From an archaeon (lineage in GTDB: Archaea > Undinarchaeota > Undinarchaeia > Undinarchaeales > JBDRKL01): 30,890 nt of DNA. A program made the translations under genes and the position numbers. Every line of letters starts with the position of its first letter. Within the stretch, counting starts at the first letter, position 1. The stretch covers positions 1-30,890 of the forward strand of contig JBDRKL010000003.1 of assembly GCA_043814055.1 (NCBI GenBank), read 5' to 3'. The notes beneath the pieces are model-generated. The model was not told the DNA's origin and ran no database searches. It saw nothing but the letters and a program-made list of their open reading frames with translations. Positions 1 to 9,026 of this stretch are shown piece by piece.

Positions 1-1
1 C

Positions 2-3000
2 AATAGAACAGACAAAGGCTACAATGAAACCACTGTGAACAACACGAACACTTACATCAATGCTTCTTCAACCGCGGACGGCATATATGATTGGTGGGTG
101 AACTGCACGGACGGGACAAACGAGAACAAGAGCGAGGTGCGTATAATTACAGTTGATATAACGCCTCCAAGCGTCAGCTACCACGCAAGTGCGGATGAGT
201 CTGGGTCTGCTTCAAAAACCTGGGTTCTTGTAAACGTAACAATTTCTGACGCACTTTCAGGAATTCACACTGTTCAGCTTGAGTGGGAAGGCGTGAATGA
301 GTCATTCGCATTTAACGACGGCACAAACTGGTGGTCAAACAAGTCAGGACTTGGCGAGGCCAACTACACTTTCAAAGCCTGGGTGAATGACTCTGCAGGA
401 AACAACAATAACACAACTGAGCGCTGGGTCAATTTGGACACAACAGGTCCAACAATTACTTTTGATACTCCGCCAACCCCGAACAATGAAACTGTGGCGG
501 TTACTTATGCAGAGATTAATGTGACAATCGGCGAGTCAGTAACAAGCGCCATGCTGGAGTGGGACGGTGTGAATGAATCAATGGATGGTTCTGGGGTTGA
601 CTGGTATTTGAACAAGACAACTCTTGCGAACGCCAATTACACTTTCACGGTCTACGCCAACGACTCGCTCAACAACCTCGGGTTTTCATTTGAGCGCTGG
701 GTCTACATAAACTCAGCTTCCAACCAGCCGCCTACTGTAAACCTGACGACTCCGATTAATTTGACAAATACCACTGACACCACGCCCGAGCACGGTTTCA
801 ACTTCACGGACCCAGACAACACGTCTGCAAATTGTACGCTCTATTACAATGGAACAGACAAGGGCTACAATGCGAGTACTGACAACAACACGAACACCTA
901 CATAAACGCTTCCTCAACCTCTGATGGCATCTACGATTGGTGGGTGAACTGCACAGATGGTGAAAATGAGGTCAAGAGCGATATGTGGACAATTACAATA
1001 GATACCACTGGCCCAACTGTTACTTTTGTTGAGCCTACGCCGAACAACGAGACAATAACTTACAACTGGGCATACGTAAATGTTACAACAACCGACGCGC
1101 TACTAAGTGTGGAAAGCGCAACCCTTGACTGGAACAGCACAAATGAATCAATGTCTGATGGGGGCTCAGGGGCAGACTGGTGGTTGAACAAGACCTCGCT
1201 TGCAAACGGCAATTATACTTTCCGTGTCTGGGCGAATGATTCCCTGAACAACTCCGGAGTTTCAGTTGAGCGCTGGGTCTACATAAACGTCACGCCAGAC
1301 CCCCTAGTCCTTGAAATCTTTGACCAGGAAGATGACTCTGAAATCTACCCGCCGCCGCCAGCCGGCTATGCAGAGCACACGGTCACTGCAAATCTTACAA
1401 CAGGCTTCTGGGCGAATTACACGAACAACAGCATTGGAATTTATCCAGACCCGACCTCTTCACTGGTCCAAGATGATATGGAATCCTGGGACTCAGGGGA
1501 AACGTATATCTATGGCTTATTCAGCATTGATGTTGACGGCGACGGGGCAGTTGAGCTGATTAGCACAGGGCACAACGTTGAAGACCCATACCCAGCCGAG
1601 GTGCACATCTGGAATTATACTGACGGCGGCCTCGTGAATGAAGCAAACCTGACCAACATTGACGACGGCACAACACGCAGCTGGGATGTCTACGCCTCAG
1701 ATGTTGACAACGACGGCACAATAGAAATTCTGACCTGCGGCATGGATGATGGCGCGAGCAAAGCCGGAGTCATACACATCTTTAACTACACAAGCGGCAC
1801 AATCCAAGAGGAGGCTCAAAGCAGAACCTCCGGTGACTTTGCTTCAATGGGCATTTATACGCACGACCTTGACGGCGATGGTGCTATTGAGATAATAGTA
1901 ACAAGCACTGACGATACAAATAAAGTGATGAGGCTGGAGGTATTTAACTACACCGACGGAGTGATAAACAGCGAGGTAAGCACTACTTTTGGCACCGACA
2001 TTCGCGGGGAATATCTTTTCATTATTGATATTGACAACGATGGGACAACCGAGATACTTACTACAGCTGAGCAACTAACCGCAAATCAGGGCGAACTCCA
2101 TATTTGGAATTACACCGGAGGCACCTTGAATAACGAGGTTAACACAACTTGGGCCTTAGAGAGGACTGTCAAAGGGCTGCACGCTGCCGACGTTGACAAG
2201 GACGGGGCTATAGAAATCTTCGTAACTGGTTGGGAACCAGGAACTACCCCGAATGTTGACGCAGAGCTTCGAGTGTGGAACTATACCAGCGGCACTCTCA
2301 ATCAGGAAGCGTTAACCAGCTGGCCCCAGAACGGGGATACCAGGTCACAGGCAATGGACATAAATGACATTGACTTTGACGGCGAGCTTGAGATACTAAC
2401 AACCGGCTTTGAGGCCACAGCTGGTCAACTTAAAGTTGAAATCCAGGTGTGGAACTACACCGGCGGCACCTTGAATAACGAGGAAAACATCACGTGGAGC
2501 GATGAGCGCGTCAGGGATATCTATGTTGCTGACCTAAACAATGATGGCACAATAGAAATATTTACAGGTGGACGAAACCAGGGCGCCGCCGGTGGCATAG
2601 CCAAGGTGTTTGTCTACAACTACTCAAACTCAACATGCAATATCTGGTTCAATGACACAGAGGACTGGTCTGGCATGTTCTGGGACAGCACATATTCGTT
2701 CTACAATTACACGCGCAACTTCTCATCAACCGGCACTTATGAGTGGAACGTTTCCTGCTTCAAGTCCGGCTTTGCCACAAAGAATAATGAATCAACGCTC
2801 ACTGTGCAGGAATCAGGCGCGCCCTCCAATACCGCCCCTGTCGTGAATCTAGTCTCGCCGCCGAATGACACCAACACCACTGACAACACCACGACGCACA
2901 CTTTCAACTTCACTGACAACGAGAACTTGACCGCGAACTGCACGCTGTATTACAACTCAACGCCCTATGGCTATAACGAGAGCACTGATAACAACACGAA

Positions 3001-3829
3001 CACGAACATTACCGCGAACGCGTCGGTCCCTGAGGGTTTTTACCTGTGGTGGGTCAACTGCACAGACGGCGAGCTTGAGGCCAACAGCACCAAATGGACA
3101 ATAAACATAAGCTCAAACGACCAGCCTGTGATTAACTGGGTCAACGACACCCCTGACCCGGTTGTGCAGGGTGACGTGGTGAACATAACTGCAAATATAA
3201 CCGATGTGAATGGGCAGGGCGACATGTACACCGTGCGCTTTGAGGTAAACGGCACTAACTACACCTACGAGGGCGTTGACGGTTCAGTGTACTGGTACGC
3301 GAGCTGGGACACGAATGTGCCTCCTAACATGTACAACTACACGGTCTACGCGAACGACTCTGTCGGCAACAACGCAACTCCTGTGAGCGGCAACTTTACT
3401 GTTGAAACTACCACAGTTGATCTTACCCTGCCTGTCAACTTGGTTGACTTCAATATCACCACAATCGGCCAGACAAACAACACAACTGACGGCAACCCCT
3501 CGCCATTCATACTCCAGAATGATGGCAACGTTAAGGTCAACATAACGGTCTACGCCAGCGCAGCGCTCTTTGCCAATGCAACTCTCAACTCAACCAATTT
3601 CCAGGTCAAGGCAGATAACTCCTCTGGAGAAAGCAACACATTCAACTGGGATGCCTCTCAGATTAATTGGACCAACATGTCCGACACAGAGCTCGGTTTC
3701 ATCAACGAACTTCTCTGCGACAACTCAACTGACGAGGCGCAGTCTGAAATATTAATCACTGTGCCGCTTGAGGAACCAGAAGGAAGCAAGTCAACTTCTG
3801 TCATCTACATCGCAAGCGACGGGAGATAG
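2..3829 (+). CDS. Large extracellular glycoprotein/adhesin (5'-truncated): Ig-like repeats, 7-bladed FG-GAP/VCBS-like beta-propeller, C-terminal domain homologous to the downstream ~190-aa subunits
   Basis: Frame +2 is open from base 2, and bases 1-130 repeat ~848-980, so the gene starts upstream of the window. Three WWVNCTDG Ig repeats, three W-x-x-x-NES...ERWV repeats, seven DxDxDG-x-x-E motifs (~1529-2560), many N-x-S/T sequons. C-terminal PSPFILQNDGNVKVNIT...VPLEEPEGSK matches ORFs 4074/4695/5275. Confidence 0.85.
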   Translation, partial: NRTDKGYNETTVNNTNTYINASSTADGIYDWWVNCTDGTNENKSEVRIITVDITPPSVSYHASADESGSASKTWVLVNVTISDALSGIHTVQLEWEGVNESFAFNDGTNWWSNKSGLGEANYTFKAWVNDSAGNNNNTTERWVNLDTTGPTITFDTPPTPNNETVAVTYAEINVTIGESVTSAMLEWDGVNESMDGSGVDWYLNKTTLANANYTFTVYANDSLNNLGFSFERWVYINSASNQPPTVNLTTPINLTNTTDTTPEHGFNFTDPDNTSANCTLYYNGTDKGYNASTDNNTNTYINASSTSDGIYDWWVNCTDGENEVKSDMWTITIDTTGPTVTFVEPTPNNETITYNWAYVNVTTTDALLSVESATLDWNSTNESMSDGGSGADWWLNKTSLANGNYTFRVWANDSLNNSGVSVERWVYINVTPDPLVLEIFDQEDDSEIYPPPPAGYAEHTVTANLTTGFWANYTNNSIGIYPDPTSSLVQDDMESWDSGETYIYGLFSIDVDGDGAVELISTGHNVEDPYPAEVHIWNYTDGGLVNEANLTNIDDGTTRSWDVYASDVDNDGTIEILTCGMDDGASKAGVIHIFNYTSGTIQEEAQSRTSGDFASMGIYTHDLDGDGAIEIIVTSTDDTNKVMRLEVFNYTDGVINSEVSTTFGTDIRGEYLFIIDIDNDGTTEILTTAEQLTANQGELHIWNYTGGTLNNEVNTTWALERTVKGLHAADVDKDGAIEIFVTGWEPGTTPNVDAELRVWNYTSGTLNQEALTSWPQNGDTRSQAMDINDIDFDGELEILTTGFEATAGQLKVEIQVWNYTGGTLNNEENITWSDERVRDIYVADLNNDGTIEIFTGGRNQGAAGGIAKVFVYNYSNSTCNIWFNDTEDWSGMFWDSTYSFYNYTRNFSSTGTYEWNVSCFKSGFATKNNESTLTVQESGAPSNTAPVVNLVSPPNDTNTTDNTTTHTFNFTDNENLTANCTLYYNSTPYGYNESTDNNTNTNITANASVPEGFYLWWVNCTDGELEANSTKWTINISSNDQPVINWVNDTPDPVVQGDVVNITANITDVNGQGDMYTVRFEVNGTNYTYEGVDGSVYWYASWDTNVPPNMYNYTVYANDSVGNNATPVSGNFTVETTTVDLTLPVNLVDFNITTIGQTNNTTDGNPSPFILQNDGNVKVNITVYASAALFANATLNSTNFQVKADNSSGESNTFNWDASQINWTNMSDTELGFINELLCDNSTDEAQSEILITVPLEEPEGSKSTSVIYIASDGR

Positions 3830-3836
3830 AAAGGTA

Positions 3837-3844
3837 TTTAAATA
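3837..3844 (+). promoter_or_regulatory. TATA box (TTTAAATA) for the small-subunit operon
   Basis: Purine-rich BRE-like AGAAAGG upstream; ATG at 3869 lies 25 nt downstream, the leaderless spacing seen across the window. Confidence 0.6.
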
Positions 3845-3868
3845 TAAACAATGACTACTCTTGAACAT

Positions 3869-4081
3869 ATGTACAAACTGAGTTTCCCGATGGCTGCGGC
3901 AATTCTACTTTTGCTGATTGCGTTTTCAGCTTTTGGCACTTATTACGGAGTTGATACTACTGCGCGAGTCGGCAATGCTGCTGTTTCAGGCTATGTGAGT
4001 GTTTATGTACCGGAGTCGCCTGCAAATGAAAACCTGAAAACCCCTGAAGATACTAACACGGAGGAAGATGACAATGGCTGA
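3869..4081 (+). CDS. Small secreted/membrane peptide (~70 aa): hydrophobic segment, single beta-strand, acidic tail
   Basis: ORF 3851-4081, start moved to ATG 3869 by TATA spacing. Hydrophobic AAAILLLLIAFSAFG, then VSGYVSVYVP. The stop overlaps the next gene start. Confidence 0.65.
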   Translation: MYKLSFPMAAAILLLLIAFSAFGTYYGVDTTARVGNAAVSGYVSVYVPESPANENLKTPEDTNTEEDDNG

Positions 4082-4637
4082 AGATATATCCCTTGAAAGA
4101 TTTGCTGCAATCGCTTTTGTAGTGGTTGTTATTTCTGTGCTCGGCACAATGATGCTCTTTGCAAAAGGACCTTTCATAACAGGTTTTGCAGTCGGAACAG
4201 CCCAGCTCATCGTGAACAACACGACTGCTATTTCTGTTGATGCAAGCACAACCCCAATGGACTTCGGCACAATGGACGTTAACACGCAGAACGACACCAC
4301 TAACGATGACCCAAGCCCTTTCATAATTAGCAATGACGGCAATGTCATGGTCAACATAACTGTTGGAGCGGCAGACATGTGGACCTCAGATGCTAACCCG
4401 ACTGCGAATTACAAGGTCAACTCATCTGAAAACGAAAGCGCCTCAGTGGTCAGTGCAACCAATCTTACTACATGGATGAATATGCCAGCAACTGGCGCGC
4501 CAAGCAACATCGTTACACACCTTTGGTACGAAACTGCCAACGACAGCATAAAAGTTAACATAAACGTAACGGTTCCTGGTGAAGAACTACCTGGCTCAAA
4601 ATCATCCGTGGTAACCTTTACAGCATCACAGGCATAA
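4074..4637 (+). CDS. Putative fibre/pilin-like subunit 1 (secreted beta-sandwich)
   Basis: GGAGG at 4060-4064 favours ATG 4074 (ORF track 4068). N-terminal hydrophobic helix, ITGFA motif, DFG...PSPFIISNDGNV...VPGEELPGSKSS shared with paralogues. Confidence 0.8.
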   Translation: MAEDISLERFAAIAFVVVVISVLGTMMLFAKGPFITGFAVGTAQLIVNNTTAISVDASTTPMDFGTMDVNTQNDTTNDDPSPFIISNDGNVMVNITVGAADMWTSDANPTANYKVNSSENESASVVSATNLTTWMNMPATGAPSNIVTHLWYETANDSIKVNINVTVPGEELPGSKSSVVTFTASQA

Positions 4638-4694
4638 GCTAAGCTATAAAGTGTTGTAGTTAATTTTATATCCTACCAGTGTCATCTATATTTA

Positions 4695-5270
4695 ATGAAA
4701 TCTGAAGTGCCACTACATAAGTTCTTAATAGTTGCATTATTCGCAGTGGTTTTGACCATTGCCACGTCCTCCTTCATATTCTCCGGTGCGCCAACAATAT
4801 CAGGATTCGCAACCGCGACCGCCCAGCTTGTCGTGAACAGTACAAGTGCAATTTCTGTTGATCCAGCTACTACTCCAATGGATTTCGGCACAATGGACGT
4901 TAACACGCAGAACGACACCACCAATAATGATCCTAATCCATTCATAGTCAGCAACGACGGAAATTCCTTTGTCAACATTACAATATACGCAACCAATATT
5001 TGGAGCCAGTCAGGCTATAACAATCCAACAGCGAACTACAAGTTTAACTCAACTGAAAACGAGTCAAACTCAGTCATAAACCCTGCAACAGACCTCACTG
5101 CCTGGTCAAACATACCAAACACAAGCAACAACAGTGTCACAGTCGTGACAAACCTTGAATACAACCAAACAAATGACTCAATAAAAGTGCATCTTAATCT
5201 AACCGTGCCACCTGAGGAGCCGCCTGGGTCCAAGACATCTACAATAACCTTCCTCGGCACGCTCGCATAA
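4695..5270 (+). CDS. Putative fibre/pilin-like subunit 2
   Basis: Close paralogue of 4074-4637 (ISGFA, AISVD, PMDFGTMDVNTQNDTT, NDGN, VPPEEPPGSK); own TATA-like TTTTATAT at ~4665. Confidence 0.8.
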   Translation: MKSEVPLHKFLIVALFAVVLTIATSSFIFSGAPTISGFATATAQLVVNSTSAISVDPATTPMDFGTMDVNTQNDTTNNDPNPFIVSNDGNSFVNITIYATNIWSQSGYNNPTANYKFNSTENESNSVINPATDLTAWSNIPNTSNNSVTVVTNLEYNQTNDSIKVHLNLTVPPEEPPGSKTSTITFLGTLA

Positions 5271-5274
5271 GCAA

Positions 5275-5844
5275 ATGGACAAAATTACCTTAATCTCAAG
5301 TGTACTTGCCTTTTCAATGGTACTCCTTATGCTCTTTACTTATACGCCAAGCCTAAGCGGAATGGCGATTGACAGCGCTGCCATAAACCTCACAGTAAAT
5401 ACCTCAACCTCTATAAGCCTTGAGATAAGCACTGTGGATTTCGGCACTTTGATGACAAACTCTACGGATGACACTTCTGACAACAGCCCACAGCCATTTG
5501 TTGTAAGAAATGACGGCAACGTAAACGTGGACGTGAGCATAAAGGCAAACCAGAGCATGTTCTCGGGCACTGGAGCTGGCAACGATACTGACACTTTTCA
5601 GTTCAAGACCGCTAACTGCTCGCTCTCGGTATGCGGTTTCATAGAATTGAATTCTTTTGACTGGGCAAATTCCACAATCTCTTGGACTAATTTCACAGAT
5701 GTTGAACAGGGGGTAATTGACTCCCTTGAGTACGCGAACACGAGCGATGAGGCTGAGGTTGACATCCGCGTATTTGTTCCACTGGACGAACCAGCCGGTT
5801 CAAAAGGTGCAACAATAACGTTCACTGCCACGCAGGAGAGCTAG
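5275..5844 (+). CDS. Putative fibre/pilin-like subunit 3
   Basis: Paralogue (LSGMA, VDFG, PQPFVVRNDGNV, DEAEVDIRVFVPLDEPAGSK); most similar to the adhesin C-terminal domain (shared FxW...IxWTN...xDEA). Confidence 0.8.
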   Translation: MDKITLISSVLAFSMVLLMLFTYTPSLSGMAIDSAAINLTVNTSTSISLEISTVDFGTLMTNSTDDTSDNSPQPFVVRNDGNVNVDVSIKANQSMFSGTGAGNDTDTFQFKTANCSLSVCGFIELNSFDWANSTISWTNFTDVEQGVIDSLEYANTSDEAEVDIRVFVPLDEPAGSKGATITFTATQES

Positions 5845-5881
5845 GGGAAATCTTATATATCCACACGCCGTACTGGTTTCC

Positions 5882-7042
5882 ATGATGTTAAGTCGGTGTT
5901 CCAAACTATTGATTCTGGCAGCGGTTACGCTGCTTTTCATCCTTCCCTCGGCTACTGCAATCGGCATTGGTCCAAGCCGTGTCATACTGGATTTTGAGCC
6001 GAACTACGAGAACACTTTTTCTTACACAGTGGTCAACGGCGGCGATTCCATACTCTACGCGGAGATATACGTGCGCGGCGACCTTGCGGAATACGTCACG
6101 CTGTATGACAGCACTGTGAAAGTAATGCCAAAAACCAGCGTCCAACTTTCCTATCTCTTCAAGCTTCCCTCAGACCTCCCGCCAGGTTTTCATGACACGC
6201 GGATAGGTGTTCTTGAAAGCGAGGAGAACATTGGAGGCGAGGGTTCAATGCTAGGCGGGCGTGCAGGTGTTGAGCAGCAACTATGGGTTAATGTTCCCTA
6301 TCCTGGAAAATACGTTAGCGTTGCTCTTGTAGCTCCAAGCGTTACAACAGGGCATCCAATTGATTTCACTCTTAATCTCAAAAACTATGGAACCGAAGAT
6401 GTAACCGTAACTGGGAGTGTAGAATTGTTTGACGCCTCTAACACAAGTATTGCAACTCTTCCAGCAGGAAGTGTTTTCCTTGCATCTCAGGATGCAAAAG
6501 CATTAAACGCCCACTGGGGTGGCACTAAAACAGCGGGGATGTACAAGGCAATTGCAACCATAACCTATGAAGGGGAGAGCAAGCAGGATGAAAAGATATT
6601 CCACGTTGGTGAGGTCCGAGTGGAAATTATCAACGTTACAATTCCGCCAGCCAGGACAGATTCAATCGCAAAAATAAACACTGAGGTAGAGAGCTATTGG
6701 AATGAAAAGATAGACGGCGTTTATGCCGAGGCACTTCTAAAGTCTCAAACTGGCACAGTATTTGGGAGTGCTCGGTCCGAAACACTAACTCTGAACCCCT
6801 GGACCCCAACAACCCTCAGCGCATTCTGGGACACTCACGGAGTTGAGCCCGGAACATACCTTGTTGAGGTCAACGTGCATTACTCGGGACTCACGTCAAC
6901 CCATAGTACTACCATAACACTTGAAGAGGGCATGTCACTAATGATGGTGATGGTAATAGTAATGGTCATCGTAGTGGTGGTGATGCTTATCATCATCCTT
7001 CTGCTCCTGACGCGGAGGAGACGGGGAAATGATTCAAGATAA
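5882..7042 (+). CDS. Membrane-anchored multi-Ig protein, DUF916/DUF3324-like or pilus-chaperone-like
   Basis: Signal peptide ending ATA, then IGIGPSRVILDF, about three beta-sandwich domains, C-terminal TM and RRRR. TATA TTATATAT at 5853-5860. Family similarity is from pattern recall only. Confidence 0.65.
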   Translation: MMLSRCSKLLILAAVTLLFILPSATAIGIGPSRVILDFEPNYENTFSYTVVNGGDSILYAEIYVRGDLAEYVTLYDSTVKVMPKTSVQLSYLFKLPSDLPPGFHDTRIGVLESEENIGGEGSMLGGRAGVEQQLWVNVPYPGKYVSVALVAPSVTTGHPIDFTLNLKNYGTEDVTVTGSVELFDASNTSIATLPAGSVFLASQDAKALNAHWGGTKTAGMYKAIATITYEGESKQDEKIFHVGEVRVEIINVTIPPARTDSIAKINTEVESYWNEKIDGVYAEALLKSQTGTVFGSARSETLTLNPWTPTTLSAFWDTHGVEPGTYLVEVNVHYSGLTSTHSTTITLEEGMSLMMVMVIVMVIVVVVMLIIILLLLTRRRRGNDSR

Positions 7043-9026
7043 GGGAAAAATCCTGATTCTGGCAATTACAATACTCCTACTCATTCTTCTAGTAATCTTT
7101 TTATGGTGGCCCTCAATCCCGCGCGAGGTTCAAGAGCTTGGTATGTACCTTACTGTGGGCAGCCACATAGGAGTAAACGTTGACTCAGACGCAATATATT
7201 TTGGCACGATACCACCGGGCGGTGCAGGAAGGCGTGGCATAATCGTGAAGAACGATCTCAGCGAAAACCGCAAGATAACCCTGCACGTGACCGGAGACTT
7301 CGCGGACTGGATTTTTGTTTCTGAAAATAATTTCGTGCTAGAGCCCTATGGACAAAAAGATATTTATGTGAGCGTTAACGTGCCCAAGAACGCGGACAAG
7401 CGCGATTATACAGGAACCTTTCTAATGGTGTCAGACCCCACTAAAGAGCCCGCGCCAAATGTAATAACTGGAATGTACACCGCCACAGTTGACCTCAATG
7501 TTTTGCAGGGTGGCAAGATAAACCTAACAGTCAAGGACATTCTCGGAACCCTAATCCCAAACGCAACAATTTTCATATGGGAGCCCGGCCCAATCTTTAA
7601 CGATTCTGGTTTCACTGACGCCAACGGCGAGTACCTGTCCGACATACTAGCCGAGAACCAGTATCTTGTTGAGGCAAGCAAGGCGGGCTATGTTACAGGT
7701 CAGGAATATGTCAACGTGAGCAATGGCTCAATAACTCAGGTTACAATAGTGCTTTCCCCAGCAGCAGCCCCAATCCTGACTGTATCTCCTGTCCTCATAA
7801 CTGAAACAACCACTCCTGGCACGCAGGTTGAGGTTCTCCTTACAATCGGCAACATCGGCGACCTCAACATGACCAACATCACAATCCAAAGCGGCGACAG
7901 TTGGATATCTTTTAATCAGACGCTCATCTCGCTGATGACGCCGATGACGTACACTAACGTGAAGGTTTATCTCGGAGCGATATCCACTGAAGGCACTTAT
8001 GCTGGCAGCATATTCGTGAACTCAAGCAACAACGGCAACAAGACCATCCCAGTCACGTTCTACGTCCGAGCTGCTCCGGCATCACCAGGACCTGGCGGGG
8101 GCGGCGGGGGCGGCGGAGGCAGTGCAGGCCCGCACATTCAAATCATTGAATATCCAAAAGAAATCAATCTTAGCCTAGGTGAAACAGCATCCTACCTTGT
8201 TATAGTCAAAAACCCCGGGTTGGTCACACTGAACAATGTGTCCCTTTCACTCGTCGGCGCTCCTTTTGATTTCATAATAGAGCCGCAGAAAATTGACAAG
8301 CTCAGCGCGCTTAGAAACGCATCATTCCTTGTGTCCACATCAGTTCCCTTTGACACTGTGTCAGGGGATTACGCAGTGCTGTTCACCGCAATGAGCGAGG
8401 AAGCGACATCCAGCGAGGAGGCAAAACTCAGGGTCAGCAAGGAAATCAAGGCGGATACAAAAGAAGACCTCATAAAGGAAATAGAAGCGCTTAGGAAAAT
8501 AATCAAACAACTGCGCGTGCAGTCAAACTGGCTTGATTCAAATGGCGGCGATGTTGAAGATGCAGTCAGGTTCCTGGATTTGGCAGAGGGCTCGCTCAAC
8601 TTTGCTGAGATGTACTGGAAAGTTGGGGACGTTACAAACACGATTGTCCAAATTGAGGTGGCGCGGGGCTACATAAAGGATGCCGTACTGGCGCTGGCAC
8701 TTATTGACATATCAAAATCACGCATACTCCTTATGGGGGCAATTCTTGTAGTTGTAATGGTTTTCATAACCCTCTCTGCGCTATCCTTCCCCAAGAAGCA
8801 CCCAGCAACTGAAACGAAAACAAACGTGCGCGGCATCAAGAAGGAAATAGCCGCAATCCAGAATGAAATAGTGAAGCTCAACGACAATTACATAAAACGC
8901 AAACTATCCAAAAAAGAGTATGAGAACGAAAAGCAGAAGTGCCTCAGGCAAATACGCGCTCTTGAGGAAGAGCTTGTGGACAAAGACCTGTCCAAGATGG
9001 GGGAGAAGCGGGGTCTTTTGAGATGA
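7029..9026 (+). CDS. Multi-domain membrane-anchored surface protein (N-terminal TM, subunit-like Ig, carboxypeptidase-regulatory-like/Ig domains, Gly linker, coiled coil, second TM)
   Basis: 665-aa ORF with two hydrophobic segments, GFTDANGEY...YLVEASKAGY, a poly-Gly linker and internal ITGMYTATVDLNV. Confidence 0.75.
   Translation: MIQDKGKILILAITILLLILLVIFLWWPSIPREVQELGMYLTVGSHIGVNVDSDAIYFGTIPPGGAGRRGIIVKNDLSENRKITLHVTGDFADWIFVSENNFVLEPYGQKDIYVSVNVPKNADKRDYTGTFLMVSDPTKEPAPNVITGMYTATVDLNVLQGGKINLTVKDILGTLIPNATIFIWEPGPIFNDSGFTDANGEYLSDILAENQYLVEASKAGYVTGQEYVNVSNGSITQVTIVLSPAAAPILTVSPVLITETTTPGTQVEVLLTIGNIGDLNMTNITIQSGDSWISFNQTLISLMTPMTYTNVKVYLGAISTEGTYAGSIFVNSSNNGNKTIPVTFYVRAAPASPGPGGGGGGGGGSAGPHIQIIEYPKEINLSLGETASYLVIVKNPGLVTLNNVSLSLVGAPFDFIIEPQKIDKLSALRNASFLVSTSVPFDTVSGDYAVLFTAMSEEATSSEEAKLRVSKEIKADTKEDLIKEIEALRKIIKQLRVQSNWLDSNGGDVEDAVRFLDLAEGSLNFAEMYWKVGDVTNTIVQIEVARGYIKDAVLALALIDISKSRILLMGAILVVVMVFITLSALSFPKKHPATETKTNVRGIKKEIAAIQNEIVKLNDNYIKRKLSKKEYENEKQKCLRQIRALEEELVDKDLSKMGEKRGLLR

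Noticed and set aside
4074-5844. Type IV pilins/archaellins
   Set aside because: No class III signal ([KR][GA] followed directly by the hydrophobic stretch) and no ATPase/TadC/prepilin peptidase nearby.
8093-8120. G-rich tract as G-quadruplex or phase-variable repeat
   Set aside because: Explained by an in-frame poly-Gly linker with mixed GGC/GGG/GGA codons.
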